DNA of 64,000 nucleotides from Candidatus Eiseniibacteriota bacterium (GTDB taxonomy: Bacteria > Eisenbacteria > RBG-16-71-46 > CAIMUX01 > VGJL01): NCBI GenBank assembly GCA_963792585.1, contig CAWBWI010000001.1:576001-640000 (forward strand). The letters run 5' to 3'. The notes beneath the pieces were generated by a model. That model made no database searches. It saw only the letters and a list, made by a program, of their open reading frames with translations, and had not been told where the DNA came from. The translations under genes and the position numbers were made by a program. This document shows, in pieces, positions 12,105-23,800 of the stretch; the first letter of the stretch is position 1; each line of letters opens with the position of its first letter.

Positions 12105-13208
12105 ATGCAGATGGGCGCGGAATTGCGCAGGACCCCCTTGTGGGAGCACCACACCAAGGGGGGCGCAAAGATGGTGGGGTTTGCGGGGTGGGAGATGCCC
12201 ATCCAGTATCCGACGGGGCAGCTCAAGGAGCACGAAATCGTCCGCACCGACGCGGGGATTTTCGACGTCTCCCACATGGGCCGCTTCTGGTTCGAGGGAA
12301 CGGGTGCCGTCGCCTTCGTCCAGGAACTGATCACCAACGACATCGGCCGGGCCGCACCCGGTCAGCTCCTGTATCCGCCCTCTGCCACGACGAAGGGGGC
12401 ATGATCGACGACGTGACCGTCTATCGCTTCGACGAAGCGTGCCTGATGGTCGTCAACGCGTCGAACCTCTCCAAGGCTTGGGACTGGATCCACGGCCGGT
12501 TGCGTCCCGGGATCGTTCTCGAAGACCGGAGCGGATCGCTCGGCCCAGATCGCCCTTCAGGGGCCCCGGGCGCAGGAACGTTTCGCGCCGCTGGTGGAAG
12601 GGGACCTCGATCCGATCGGCTACTACCGCCATGGTCGTTTCAAGGTTCGCGGCGTTCCGGACGTCCTCGTCTCCCGCAACGGCTACACGGGTGAGGACGG
12701 ATTCGAGATCTATCTTCCCGCGGCGAAGACGGGCGCGCTGTGGGCCGCGCTGCTCGACCGCGGCGCCCGCCCGATCGGCCTCGGCGCGCGCGACACGCTC
12801 CGGATGGAGATGTGCTACGCCCTCTACGGCAACGAGCTCGACATGGAGACGACGCCGCTCGAGGCGGGCATCGGCTGGACGGTCAAGCTGAAGAAGGACC
12901 GTTTCGTGGGCAAGGAAGCGCTCGTTCGCCAGAAGGAGCAGGGGCTGCGCAAGAGCCTCGTCGGCTTCGAGGTCTCGGGTCCGCGCGCCGCGCGCCACGG
13001 GCAGACGATCCTGCACAACGGCCAGCCGGTCGGCGTGGTGACGAGCGGCGGTCCCTGCCCGAGCCTCGGCAACAGGGGCATGGGCCTCGGGTTCGTTCGT
13101 CCCGACCTGACTGCGGTCGGCACACGGCTCACCATCGACGTGCGGGGAACGCAGGTCGATGCCGTCGTCATCGAGCGGCCGTTCTACAAGAACGCGTCTC
13201 ACCGCTAA
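12105..13208 (+). CDS. gcvT: Glycine cleavage aminomethyltransferase T (frameshifts)
   Basis: [42 protein letters not shown]. Confidence 0.95.
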
Positions 13209-13230
13209 GGGGTGGGGGAGGAGGGGAGGG

Positions 13231-13628
13231 ATGATTCCCGAAGGATTGCCGGTACACGAGTGAGCACGAGTGGGTCCGTCCCGACGGGCCGGACCACGTC
13301 AAGATCGGCATCACCGACTTCGCGACGGGTGCGCTGGGCGACATCGTCTTCGTCGAGCTGCCTGGGGTCGGTGCGGTCCTGACCGCGATGGGGACCGTTC
13401 GGTTCGGTCGAGGCCGTCAAGACGGTGAGCGATCTCTTCAGTCCGGTCACGGGTTCGGTGGTCGAGGTCAACCCCGCGGTCCAGAGCGACCCGAGCGTGG
13501 TCAACCGATCGCCGTACGACGAGGGATGGATGATTCGCGCGCGCATCACCAATCCCGCCGAAATCGAGGCCCTGCTGACGCCCAAGGCGTACGAGGAGCT
13601 GGTCGCCGGGCTGGAAGGGGGGCACTAG
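13231..13628 (+). CDS. gcvH: Glycine cleavage H protein (frameshifts)
   Basis: [21 protein letters not shown]; lipoyl-Lys motif [24 protein letters not shown]. Confidence 0.93.
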
Positions 13629-14981
13629 ATGCCCTACACGGGACTACAGCCCGGAGGAGGAAAAGGAGCTACTGGCCGCAATCGGCGTCGGTCGATTCGA
13701 GGATCTGATCCAGACCCTTCCCGAGTCGCTACGCGCGCGTGGACCGGTCGCGATCCCTCCGGGACAGAGTGAGATGGAGCTTCGGCGTCTCTTCGCCGAG
13801 GCGGAGCGCAAGAACTACGACCCGACACGGACCCCTTCATTCCTGGGCGGCGGACTCTACGACCACGACATTCCCGCCGTCGTCCGCCACATGACCCTGC
13901 GCAGCGAGTTCTACACCGCCTACACGCCGTACCAGGCGGAGGTCGCGCAGGGGACGCTGATGACGATCTTCGAGTTCCAGTCGATGGTCTGCGAGCTGAC
14001 CGGGCATGGACGTCGCCAATGCTTCGATGTACGACGGCGGCTCCGCGGCCGCCGAGGCGGCGCTCCTTGCTGCGAACGCCACCGGACGGCATCGGATCCT
14101 GGTCGCCGGGATCCTTCCACCCGCACCATCGGAAGATCCTCGAAACCTACGGACTTCCCCCCGGTCTCGAGTTCGTCGAACGTTGGCGGCGATGGCCCGC
14201 TCACCGCCGCGCGATCTCGCGCCGCACCTCGGCCCGACCGTGGCGGCCGTGCTGGTGCAGCAGCCGAACTTCTTCGGGCTGGTCGAGGATCTCGCGCCCC
14301 TCGCCGAGGCGGCGCACGCGGCAGGATCGCTCCTGATCGTTTCCGCCGATCCCGTCGCCCTCGGTATCCTCGAGGCGCCGGGGCTCCTGGGAGCGGATAT
14401 CGTGGTGGGAGAGGGACAGCATCTCGGAAACGCCCCGAGCTACGGCGGTCCGGCCTGCGGCCTCTTCGCGTGCAAGAAGGCGCTGATCCGCCGTCTCCCC
14501 GGACGTCTGGTTGCCGAGACCGTCGATGCGGACGGGCGGCGCGGCTTCGTGCTGACGCTGCAGACGCGCGAGCAGCACATCCGTCGAGAGAAGGCGACCT
14601 CGAACATCTGCACGAACAACAACCTCGTGGCGCTGGGCTTCACGATCACCCTCGCGATGCTGGGGCCCGCAGGGACTGCAGCGAGATGGCGAACCTCTGC
14701 CTGCAGAAGGCGCACTACCTCGAGGCGAAGCTCGCGGCGATCCCCGGCGTCCGGCGCGATCCGCAGGGGTCCTTCTTCCTCGAGTTCGCTCTGCGACTTC
14801 CGCGCAAGGCGAAGGATGTGATCGATGCGATCTATCACGGATGCGGGGATCCTCGCGGGGATCGACCTCGGCCGGATCGAACCCGGCCTGGGGCGACCGG
14901 CTTCTCGTCGCGGTGACGGAGAAGCGGACCCGGGATGAGATGGACGCGCTGGCGGCGGCGCTCGGGAGGGCGGTGGCATGA
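13629..14981 (+). CDS. gcvPA: Glycine dehydrogenase subunit 1 (frameshifts)
   Basis: [45 protein letters not shown]. Confidence 0.93.
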
Positions 14982-16475
14982 CAGCACCGACGCAACCTAC
15001 CGGCTGATCTACGACCGCAGCGTTCCCGGCCATCGGGCCTACCGCTTGCCCGCGTGCGACGTCCCCGAGTCGCCGGTCGCAGAGCCTCCTGCCGGCCGGG
15101 GCTGTTCGCACGACCCTCCCATTCTTCCGGAGGTCATCGAACCCGAGGTCGTCCGCCACTACATCCGCCTGTCGACGCTGAACCATCATGTCGACGGGCG
15201 ATCTATCCGCTCGGCTCCTGCACGATGAAGTACAACCCGAAGATCAACGAGGATCTCGTCGCGGCTGCCCGGACTTGCCGGCATTCACCCGATGGCTCCG
15301 ATCAGAGCCTCGTGCCAGGGGCTTCTCGGGATCCTCCACCGCTTCACGCGCGAGCTGGCCGAGATCGTCGGGATGGACGCGGTGAGCCTGCACCCCGCGG
15401 CCGGGCGCGCAGGGCGAGCTCCTCGGCATCCGCCTGATCCGCGCCTACCACGATCAGCAGGGGAACAAGAAGACGACGATCATCATCCCCGACTCGGCGC
15501 ACGGGACCAATCCGGCGACGGCGCACGGATGGTCGGCTACGAGACGATCGAACTGAAGTCGCGGCCCGACGGCCGGCTCGACATCGCCGCGCTGCGCGCA
15601 GATGGTCAACGCCGGAGACCGCGCGGCCTCATGGTGACGAACCCGAACACGCTCGGCCTCTTCGAGAGCGAGATCGAGGAGGCGGCGCGGATTCTCCACG
15701 ACGTCGACGGCCTCGTCTACATGGACGGCGCGAACCTGAACGCGATGCTCGGCCTCGCCCGTCCCGGCGACATGGGCGCCGACATCGTCCACATCAACCT
15801 GCACAAGACCTTCTCGACCCCGCACGGCGGCGGCGGGACCGGGCGCCGGGCCGGTCGGCGTCAGCGCGAAGCTCGCGCCGTTCCTTCCGACTCCGATCGT
15901 CGCGGAGAAGGACGGGACGTACTTCCTGGACGAGGACCGGCCGCACAGTCGTCGGGCGCCTTCATCCCTATCTACGGCAACGTGGGGATCATCCTGCGCG
16001 CGTTCGCCTACTTGCGGTCGATCGGGAGCGACGGGCTGTCCCGCGTCAGCCGCGGAGCGATCGTCAACGCCAACTACCTGCATGAAGAAGATCGAGGCCG
16101 ACTATCCGGTCGCCTATCCCGGGAGCGTGCATGCACGAGTTCGTCGTCTCGTGCACCTGGATGAAGAAGCACGGCGTGAAGAACATCGACGTCGCCAAGC
16201 GGATGCTCGACTTCGGGGTCCACGCGCCGACCGTCAGCTTCCCGCTGATCGTTCCCGACTGCCTCATGATCGAGCCGACCGAGAGCGAGAGCCGCGCGCA
16301 GCCTGGACTGCCTTCGCGGAGATCCTGCGGGAGATCGCGCGCGAGGTCCGTGAGGAGCCCGAGACCGTCACGACGCGCCGCACGACACGCCGGTCCGCCG
16401 TCTGGACGAGGGGGGCGCGGCGCGCAATCTGATCGTGCGCTGGGCAGGCGGGACGCGGAGGTCGGGTGCGGGTGA
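14978..16475 (+). CDS. gcvPB: Glycine dehydrogenase subunit 2 (many frameshifts)
   Basis: [29 protein letters not shown]-Lys [25 protein letters not shown]. Confidence 0.93.
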
Positions 16476-16940
16476 GCGGAGCGACGCTGGCGTGGACGAT
16501 CCATCCGGTCGCGGGAACGGTCCACGCCTCGGCGTCCTGGTGCTAGGGATCATTCTGGCGATGTGCGTGGGCAGCTCGTGGTTCTGGACGCAGCAGCGCC
16601 TTCTGGCCGATTCTTCTCGTTCGCCGTCCTGTTCCTCTCGCTCGAGTCGTTCTACTTTCCGACGCGTTTCATGCTCGAGGAGGAGAAGCTGACGGTCATC
16701 CGGCGCTTCTCGCGGAGCGAGCGGGAGTGGGGGATCTTCCGGCGCTGCATCGTGGATCGGGACGGGCTGACCTTGAGCCCGTACCGCAAGCCCTCCTTCT
16801 GGAGGACTACCGATCGATCCGGCTCCGCTGGGGATCGGTGGACCGAGCGCAGGTCGTGGCGTTCGTCCGGGGGCGACTGGCGCCGGATGTCGAGTGGATA
16901 CGAGGATCGAAATTGGAAGCCGGACGCGACGGCGGCCTGA
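16472..16940 (+). CDS. Small membrane protein, 2 TM plus soluble beta domain (frameshifts)
   Basis: GTGA overlap with the gcvPB stop. Reassembled [50 protein letters not shown]. Confidence 0.6.
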
Positions 16941-17301
16941 CGCCGCCCGCCGGAGGGGAACCCGATCTCGACGAGGCGCTCATCGCGGCGGTCGCGGGGC
17001 GGGTCGTGCGGATGGGACTCGCGGTGCCCGCGGTCTTCTTCCTGGAGTCGACGAAGCCGCTGTCGTTCGTCGGAAGCCAGGCGCTCGTCTTCTTCGAGCC
17101 GTTCGTCAAGGCGTTCCTGAACCTGGCGAGCTATGACGGTTCACGGCGCTGATGGAGGACCGCAAGAACGTCGAGCGGCTGATTCGCAAAGATCGAGGAG
17201 CTGGAGGAGGAGCGCGCGCGCAAGCGAGCGGGAAGAGAAGGCGGCGCGGCGCGCGGCGAAGGGGGAAAGGGGAGGACGATGGTTTCGGCGAAAGCAACTG
17301 A
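16913..17301 (+). CDS. Small hypothetical protein with FFLESTKPLSFVGSQ motif and charged helical tail (frameshifts)
   Basis: Reassembled from ORFs 16727..17152 and 17133..17435; probable TTG start; overlaps the next gene. Confidence 0.6.
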
Positions 17302-19165
17302 ACTGGATCCTGGCGACCGACTGCGGGTCGACCACGACCAAGGCGATCCTGATCGCCAAGCAAGGGCGAGACCTACCGGCTGCGTCGTCCGCGGCGAGGC
17401 GCCGACGACCGTCGAGGCGCCGTTCGAGGACGTGACGCGCGGCGTGCTCAACGCGATCATGGAGGTCGAGGAGCTGGCCGGGCCGCAAGATCCTGGACGG
17501 GGAGCGGATCATCACGCCCGGCGACCGCGACGGAGGGGGTCGACATCTACGTCTCGACCTCGAGCGCCGGCGGCGGTCTGCAGATGATGGTGACCGGCGT
17601 CGTGAAGTCGATGACCGGCGAGAGCGCCGAGCGCGCCGCCCTGGGCGCCGGCGCGATCGTGATGGACATCATCGCCTCCAACGACGGCCGTCTCCCGCAC
17701 GAGCAGATCCAGCGCATCCGCGAGCTGCGGCCCGACATGATCCTCCTCTCCGGCGGCATCGACGGCGGGACGATCACGCACGTCGTGGAGATCGCCGAGA
17801 TCATCGCCGCGGCCGACCCGAAGGCCCGCCTCGGGGCCGGCTACGACCTGCCGATCATCTACGCCGGCAACAAGGACGCCCGGCGCGGAGATCGAGGAGC
17901 GCCTCGGCGAGCAAGACGCGCGCTCGTGGTCGCCGACAACCTCCGCCCCGTCCTGGAGCGCGAGAACCTGATGCCGGCGCGCGACGAGATCCACGACCTG
18001 TTCATGGAGCACGTGATGGCGCACGCCCCGGGCTACGACAAGCTGATGGAGTGGACGGCGCCGAACCCGATCATGCCGACCCCGGGCGCGGTCGGCGACA
18101 TCATCCAGACGATCGCGCGAACGCGACGGGATCCACGTGGTCGGCGTCGACATCGGCGGCGCGACGACCGACGTCTTCAGCTTCTTCCAGCGACGTGTTC
18201 AACCGCACGGTGAGCGCCAACCTCGGGATGAGCTACTCGATCTCGAACGTGCTCGCCGAGGCCGGCCTCGCGAACATCCTCCGCTGGGTGCCCTTCTCGA
18301 TGGACGAGGGCGACCTGCGCAACCGGATCAAGAACAAGATGATCCGCCCGACGACGATCCCGCAGACGCTCGAGGAGCTGATGATCGAGCAGGCGATCTC
18401 GCGCGAGGCGCTGCGGCTGGCCTTCGAGCAGCACAAGAGCCTCGCGGTCGGTCTGAAGGGCGTGCAGCAGGAGCGGACGATCTCCGACACCTTCGACCAG
18501 ACGGGCAGCGGGGAGTCGCTGATCAACATGCGCCAGCTCGACCTGCTCGTCGGCTCGGGCGGCGTGCTCTCGCACGCGCCGCGCCGCGTGCAGTCGGCGC
18601 TGATGATGATCGACGCCTTCCTGCCCGGAGGGGGTCACCGAGCTCGCGGTCGACTCGATCTTCATGATGCCGCAGCTCGGCGTGCTGGCCGATGCGAAGC
18701 CGGAGGATCCGCTCTATGAAGTGCGACGCAAGGCGGCGACCGATGTCTTCGTACGAGGACTGTCTCGTCCGTCTCGGCACGGCCGTGGCGCCGATCGGTC
18801 CCGGCAAGGAGGGGGCGCGCTGCCTGAAGGCGACGATCGTCCTGCCCGGGGGCAAGACCGAGGAAGTTCGAGGTGCCCTTCGGGGCGATGCAGCGCATCC
18901 AGCTGGATGTCGGGGCAGACGGCCGAGGCGAAGCTCGAGCCGGCCTCGGCGGCTTCGACGTCGGCGCGGGCAAGGGGAAGAGCCTCAAGGCGACCCTCAC
19001 GGGCGGCGTGGTCGGGATCATCCTCGACTGCCGCGGCCGCCAGCCGTTCGCGCCTGCCGAAGGAGCCGCAGGAGCGGATCAAGCAAGCTCATCGAGTGGT
19101 GCGAGGCCCTCGACGTCTACCCGAAGGGATTCGACCGACGCGGCCGCGTCCGCGCGGTGCGATAG
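17279..19165 (+). CDS. GlmL/MutL (glutamate mutase L)-like ASKHA-fold ATPase (many frameshifts)
   Basis: Phosphate-1 TDCGSTTTK; TSSAGGGLQM; LSGGIDGG; YAGNKDA; IMPTPGAV; phosphate-2 VDIGGATTDVFS; RTVSANLGMSYS. Confidence 0.8.
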
Positions 19166-19180
19166 GGAGGGGGAGCGACA

Positions 19181-20301
19181 GTGGCGCATGCCTATACACC
19201 CGGTCTCCGGGTCACCGAACGGATGCGGATTCTCAAAGTCCGCCGCCTGCCCGCTGAAGGGGAAGGTGGTGGTCAAGCAGGGCGAGACGGTCACGGCCGA
19301 GACCGTCGTCGCGCGAACCGAGCTGCCGGGCAACGTGCAGCCGGTCAAGGCGGCCAGCATCCTCGGAGTCCACCAGCAGGACCTTCGAGAGTTCATGCTC
19401 AAGAAGGAAGGGGACAAGGTCGCGAAGGACGAGGTGATCGCGACGAACAAGTCGTTCTTCGGGATGTTCAAGTCCCACTGCAAGTCCCCCGTCGACGGCA
19501 CGATCGAGTAGCATCTCCGACGTGACGGGCCAGGTGATCATCCGGGAGCCGCCGATCCCGGTCGAGGTCGACGCCTACATCGACGGCGTCGTCTCCGAGG
19601 TGATGCCGAGCGAGGGGGTCGTGGTCGAGTCGGAAGGGGCGTTCCTCCAGGGGATCTTCGGCGTCGGCGGCGAGACGATCGGCCCGCTCAGATGGCGGTC
19701 AAGGAGCCTGCCGAGGAACTCACCGAGGCCCACTTCAAGCCCGAGCACGAAGGGAAGGTCGTCATCGGTGGGTCGCTGATCCGCATCCCGGCCCTCCGGC
19801 GGGCGATCGCGGTCGGGCGTGAAGGCGGTCGTCGTCGGCGGCCTCGACGACCAGGACCTCCGCGCCCTACTCGGCTACGATCTCGGCGTTGCGATCACCG
19901 GACAGGAGTCGATCGGATGCACGGTGATCGTGACCGAAGGGCTTCGGCAGGATGACGATGGCCCGGCGCACGTTCGATTTGCTCCGGGGTCAGGAGGGCC
20001 GGAAGACTTCGGTCAACGGCGCGACCCAGATCCGGGCGGGCGTGATGCGTCCCGAGATCGTGATTCCGGCGCTCGGCCACCAGGTCCTCACGGCGACGGG
20101 AGAGAACGAGGGAATGACCATCGGCAGCCCCATCCGCGTCATCCGGATGCCCTACTTCGGCCAACTTGGGACCGTAGCCGCGTTGCCCCCGAACTCCAGA
20201 TCCTGGAGACCGAGGCGAAGGTGCGCGTCCTGAAGGTTCGGTTCGATTCCGGTGAGGAGGCGCTGCTGCCGCGGGCCAACGTGGAGATGATCGAGTCCTA
20301 A
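19181..20301 (+). CDS. Uncharacterised protein with barrel-sandwich-hybrid-like repeats and a C-terminal KOW-like motif (frameshifts)
   Basis: MAHAYTPGL; GKVVVKQGETVTAETVVA; LKKEGDKVAKDEVIA..KSPVDGTIE; LQGIFGVGGE; IGSPIRVIRMPYFGQLGTV; PRANVEMIE. Confidence 0.7.
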
Positions 20302-20343
20302 CGGGGGAGCCGACGAGAGATTCCCGGCGGATGCAGCTTGTCG

Positions 20344-20373
20344 TTGACGGGACGAAATGGCTGATGATAAATT
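20344..20373 (+). promoter_or_regulatory. Sigma70 promoter with extended -10 upstream of the cold-shock gene
   Basis: TTGACG-N18-TAAATT with TGn; implies a 5' UTR of about 110 nt, typical of csp genes. Confidence 0.55.
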
Positions 20374-20492
20374 CTCTCCCCGAGGCGTTTGATTTGTGTT
20401 TCGTCGTACTTCCAGGTTGTTGAGAGAGCAGGGGGCGTGCGCGGATTCGCGTACGGTCCCTGCACACGCTTTTTCCGAGTAGGGGGGGCAGT

Positions 20493-20702
20493 ATGCCGAT
20501 CGGGAAGGTCAAGTGGTTCAGCGATGCGAAGGGGTACGGGTTCATCCAGCAGGAGGATGGCTCTCCGGACATCTTCGTTCACTTCAGCGCGATCGACGGG
20601 AGCGGTTTCCGGAGTCTGCAGGAAGGCCAGGAAGTCGTGTTCGACGTCGAGCAGGGACCGAAAGGGATGAAGGCGATCGCGGTCCGCCGGAAGGAAGGCT
20701 AG
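20493..20702 (+). CDS. Cold-shock protein (CspA family)
   Basis: [33 protein letters not shown]. Confidence 0.97.
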   Translation: MPIGKVKWFSDAKGYGFIQQEDGSPDIFVHFSAIDGSGFRSLQEGQEVVFDVEQGPKGMKAIAVRRKEG

Positions 20703-20730
20703 CGCCGACCGGACACCTCCACGAAGAGCC

Positions 20731-20772
20731 CGGGACCGGAGCGGATCGACGCCGCCCCGGTCCCGCTTTTTT
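20731..20772 (+). terminator. Intrinsic terminator
   Basis: CGGGACCGGAGCGG / CCGCCCCGGTCCCG stem followed by a T tract. Confidence 0.75.
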
Positions 20773-20897
20773 GCTCGGCGGAGGGGATGGAAAGTGTACA
20801 GCCGGCGAAGTGACCTGACGAAAACCCCGGGGGGGGCCCCGTGCCGCAACCAGCGGCGGAGGCCCGGCCGGTGGGTGTAATCCCCCAGGAGGTTGTC

Positions 20898-23800
20898 GTG
20901 GATCGCTCTCGCAAACACAACGGGTTCCGTCTCATCGAGGCCGCAGTCGCGGTCTGCGTGATCCTCTTCGGCGGGTGCAGCGACGATTCGCCGACGCGCC
21001 CCACCGCCGATGACGGCGCGTACCGGATCCAGACGTTCCGGGCGGAGGAGCCAACGCTCGTCGCGGGCGAGTCGACGACCGTCTCCGCGCGGGTGCTCAC
21101 CGAGGGGGGTGATCCCGCGAGCGGGGTCACGGTCGTCTTCGGCGAGATGCTCGGGAAACAGTCCGGGTCATGGACCCCGGATCGATCTGTGACCGACGCG
21201 GAAGGCTGGGCGCAGACCACCTTCCTCAGCGTCGTCGGGCTCGACGGCCAGACCACCCTGAAAGCGACCGCCGGCTCGGTGAGCGCCTACGTGGTGCTCA
21301 CCTTGGTCCCGCGCGCCTCGAACGCCCTGAACCTGTCGATCTCCTCACCTTCCGGAGCCGCCGCCCTCGCCGCGGACGGCGTCTCGGGTCTGACCCTCCG
21401 GATCACCGCGACGCGGGGGACGGGGCAGCAGGCCGTGGCGGGAGCCTCCATCCGCCTGATCGCGGGGGACCGTTTCGTCGACAGCGACGGCGACGGGCTC
21501 TTCAGCGCCGGCGATCAGCTCGTGCCCGGTGGGGACGCGAACGGGAACGGCCAGTGGGATGCGCTGGGCAGCGTGCCGTCGACGGTCTCGACCGACCCGT
21601 CCGGAAAGGCCGATTTCGTGCTCCGCTCGGAGTCGAAGACCGGCACGACCTACGTTCGCGCAACGGGGGAAGGGGTGGCGGCGGAGTTTGCGGTGCAGTT
21701 CCACCCGACCTCATTGAAGGTCGTCGTTTCCCCGGCTGTCAGCGAACTGATGGCCGACGGCATCAGCACGACCCTGATCCGGGCGGAGGTCACCGACTGG
21801 AGCGCCAATCCGATGTCCGGAGTGATCGTTCGGTTCATCGCCGGCGAGCCCTTCGTCGACGCCGGCGGCGACGGTGAGTTTACCCCCGATGTCGATACCT
21901 ACACCGACCTGAACAGCAACGGCCATTGGGATACGCGCGGCTCCATCGATTCGTACGTTCTCTCGTCGGATGACGGCAGCGCCACGGCCACCTACACGGC
22001 CGGGGTCGACCCGGGCGAGGTGCGTATCCGGGCGACGGTCACCGGTGGATCCGCTGAGGGGATCCTGAATCTCGTCCCCGTGCCGACCGCATCGCGGATT
22101 CTGCTCGAGGGGGACCTGCCCGACGTACTCGCCGACGGACGGTCGCCCGTCACGGTGACCGTGAACGTCGCGGACGTCAACGGCACTCCGATCGCGGGCA
22201 AGCGGGTGCACTTCGTTGCGGGAGAGCGGTTCACGGATGTCAACCTCAACGGCGTCTTCGATGCCGGGACCGATCAACTCCTCTCCGATCTGGACGGCGA
22301 CGATGCGTGGACCGCCATCGGGACGGTCGACGAGAGCGTCGTGACCGGCGAGGGGGGAACGGCAACGGTGACGTACATGGCGGGGCTGCTGACCGGTGAG
22401 ATCGCCGTCAAGGCGACGGTCGACCGAATCTCCGCCGACCTCCCGATCGTCCTGCGTGCCCTCCCGCCGGCGATGGCCGTGCTGCTCGACCGCACGCCGC
22501 CGGAAATCCAGGTGCACGGGGGCGGAGGAATCGACAACTGCGTGTTGACCGCAACCTGCTATGACGCACTCGGGGACGCGGTGCCGGCCGGAGTGCCGGT
22601 CGAGTTCACGATCATCTATGGCCCCGACGGGGGGGAGCAACTGACCGACGCGGTCGACGGAATCTACGCGGCCCGCACGGATGAGGGCGGGAAGGCCCGG
22701 GCCGTCCTGATCGCGGGCACGAAGATTGGAATCGTCGGCGTCGCCGTCCAGGTCGGGCAGGCGTACCGCTCGATCGAGGTCGCGGTGGCGGCGGGCGGGC
22801 CGCACGAGATCCAGCTCAACGCAGAGAATGCGCGGCTCGACTTCTGGAGCCAGACTCCGGTCACCGCCTTCGTCATCGACATCTATGGCAACCCGGTCCG
22901 CGATGGGACCGTGGTCCTCTGGAGCGTGGATGAGGGGATGATCGAAGGCGACGGCTCACCGGCGAGCAGCGAGACCCAGCGCGGCCAGGCGCAGGGGACC
23001 TACTACAGCCTTGGGCCGGCGTTGGGGACGGACTACATCGCCGTGGTCACGGCCCGCGCCCAGGGAACGACGGCCCTCGGCACACTCGAGATCACGCTCA
23101 ACCTCACGCCGCCCCCGCCGATCGCCTCGATCGCGGTCAGTTCGGATCGGCAGCAGATCGACATCCGAAGCACGGGTCCGGCGCAGACGACCGGGATCAT
23201 CGCCCGCGGCTACGACACCGAGGGACGTCCGGTCGGAGCCGGTTACCCGATCGATTTCTGGATCGAATCGGGTCCCAACGGGGGCGAGAATCTCGACGAG
23301 CAGGCTTGGGGACCGGTCACCGGAATCACGAACCAGGACGGCATCGCTCAGGTGCGTCTGAACTCGGGCCGCCTTCCGGGGCCGGTGCGGATCAAGGCGC
23401 ACGGCGGGACCGCGAACTTCGCCACGGTGGAGGTGCAGATCGTTGCCGGTCCGCCAACAGATCTCGTCTGCTCGGCAACGCCGGAGGAGATCGGATCCGA
23501 GGAAACCTGCGAGATCCGCGCCTACCTCTATGACCTGTATCACAACCCGGTGCAGGACGGCGTGCTCGTCAGCTTCCAGGTGGATGAAGGAATGGTCGTG
23601 GGACTCGACGGTCCCGGTTCGAGCCGGACGGTCGACGGGGTGGCGATCGCGACCTACCACAGCCTGACCCCGCTTCCGGGGGGCGATGGCGTTGCCGACC
23701 TCGTGTGCACCGCCGAGGGCGGGGTTCTCTCCTGCACGACCCACGTGCGGATTCCGATCCTCCCCACAGGACTCTCGGCACTGAGCCTCACCTGCAACGA

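Noticed and set aside
20790..20897. Riboswitch (c-di-GMP or ZTP) upstream of the Ig-repeat lipoprotein
   Set aside because: Only a superficial GTGAC..CGAAA resemblance; consensus elements not found.
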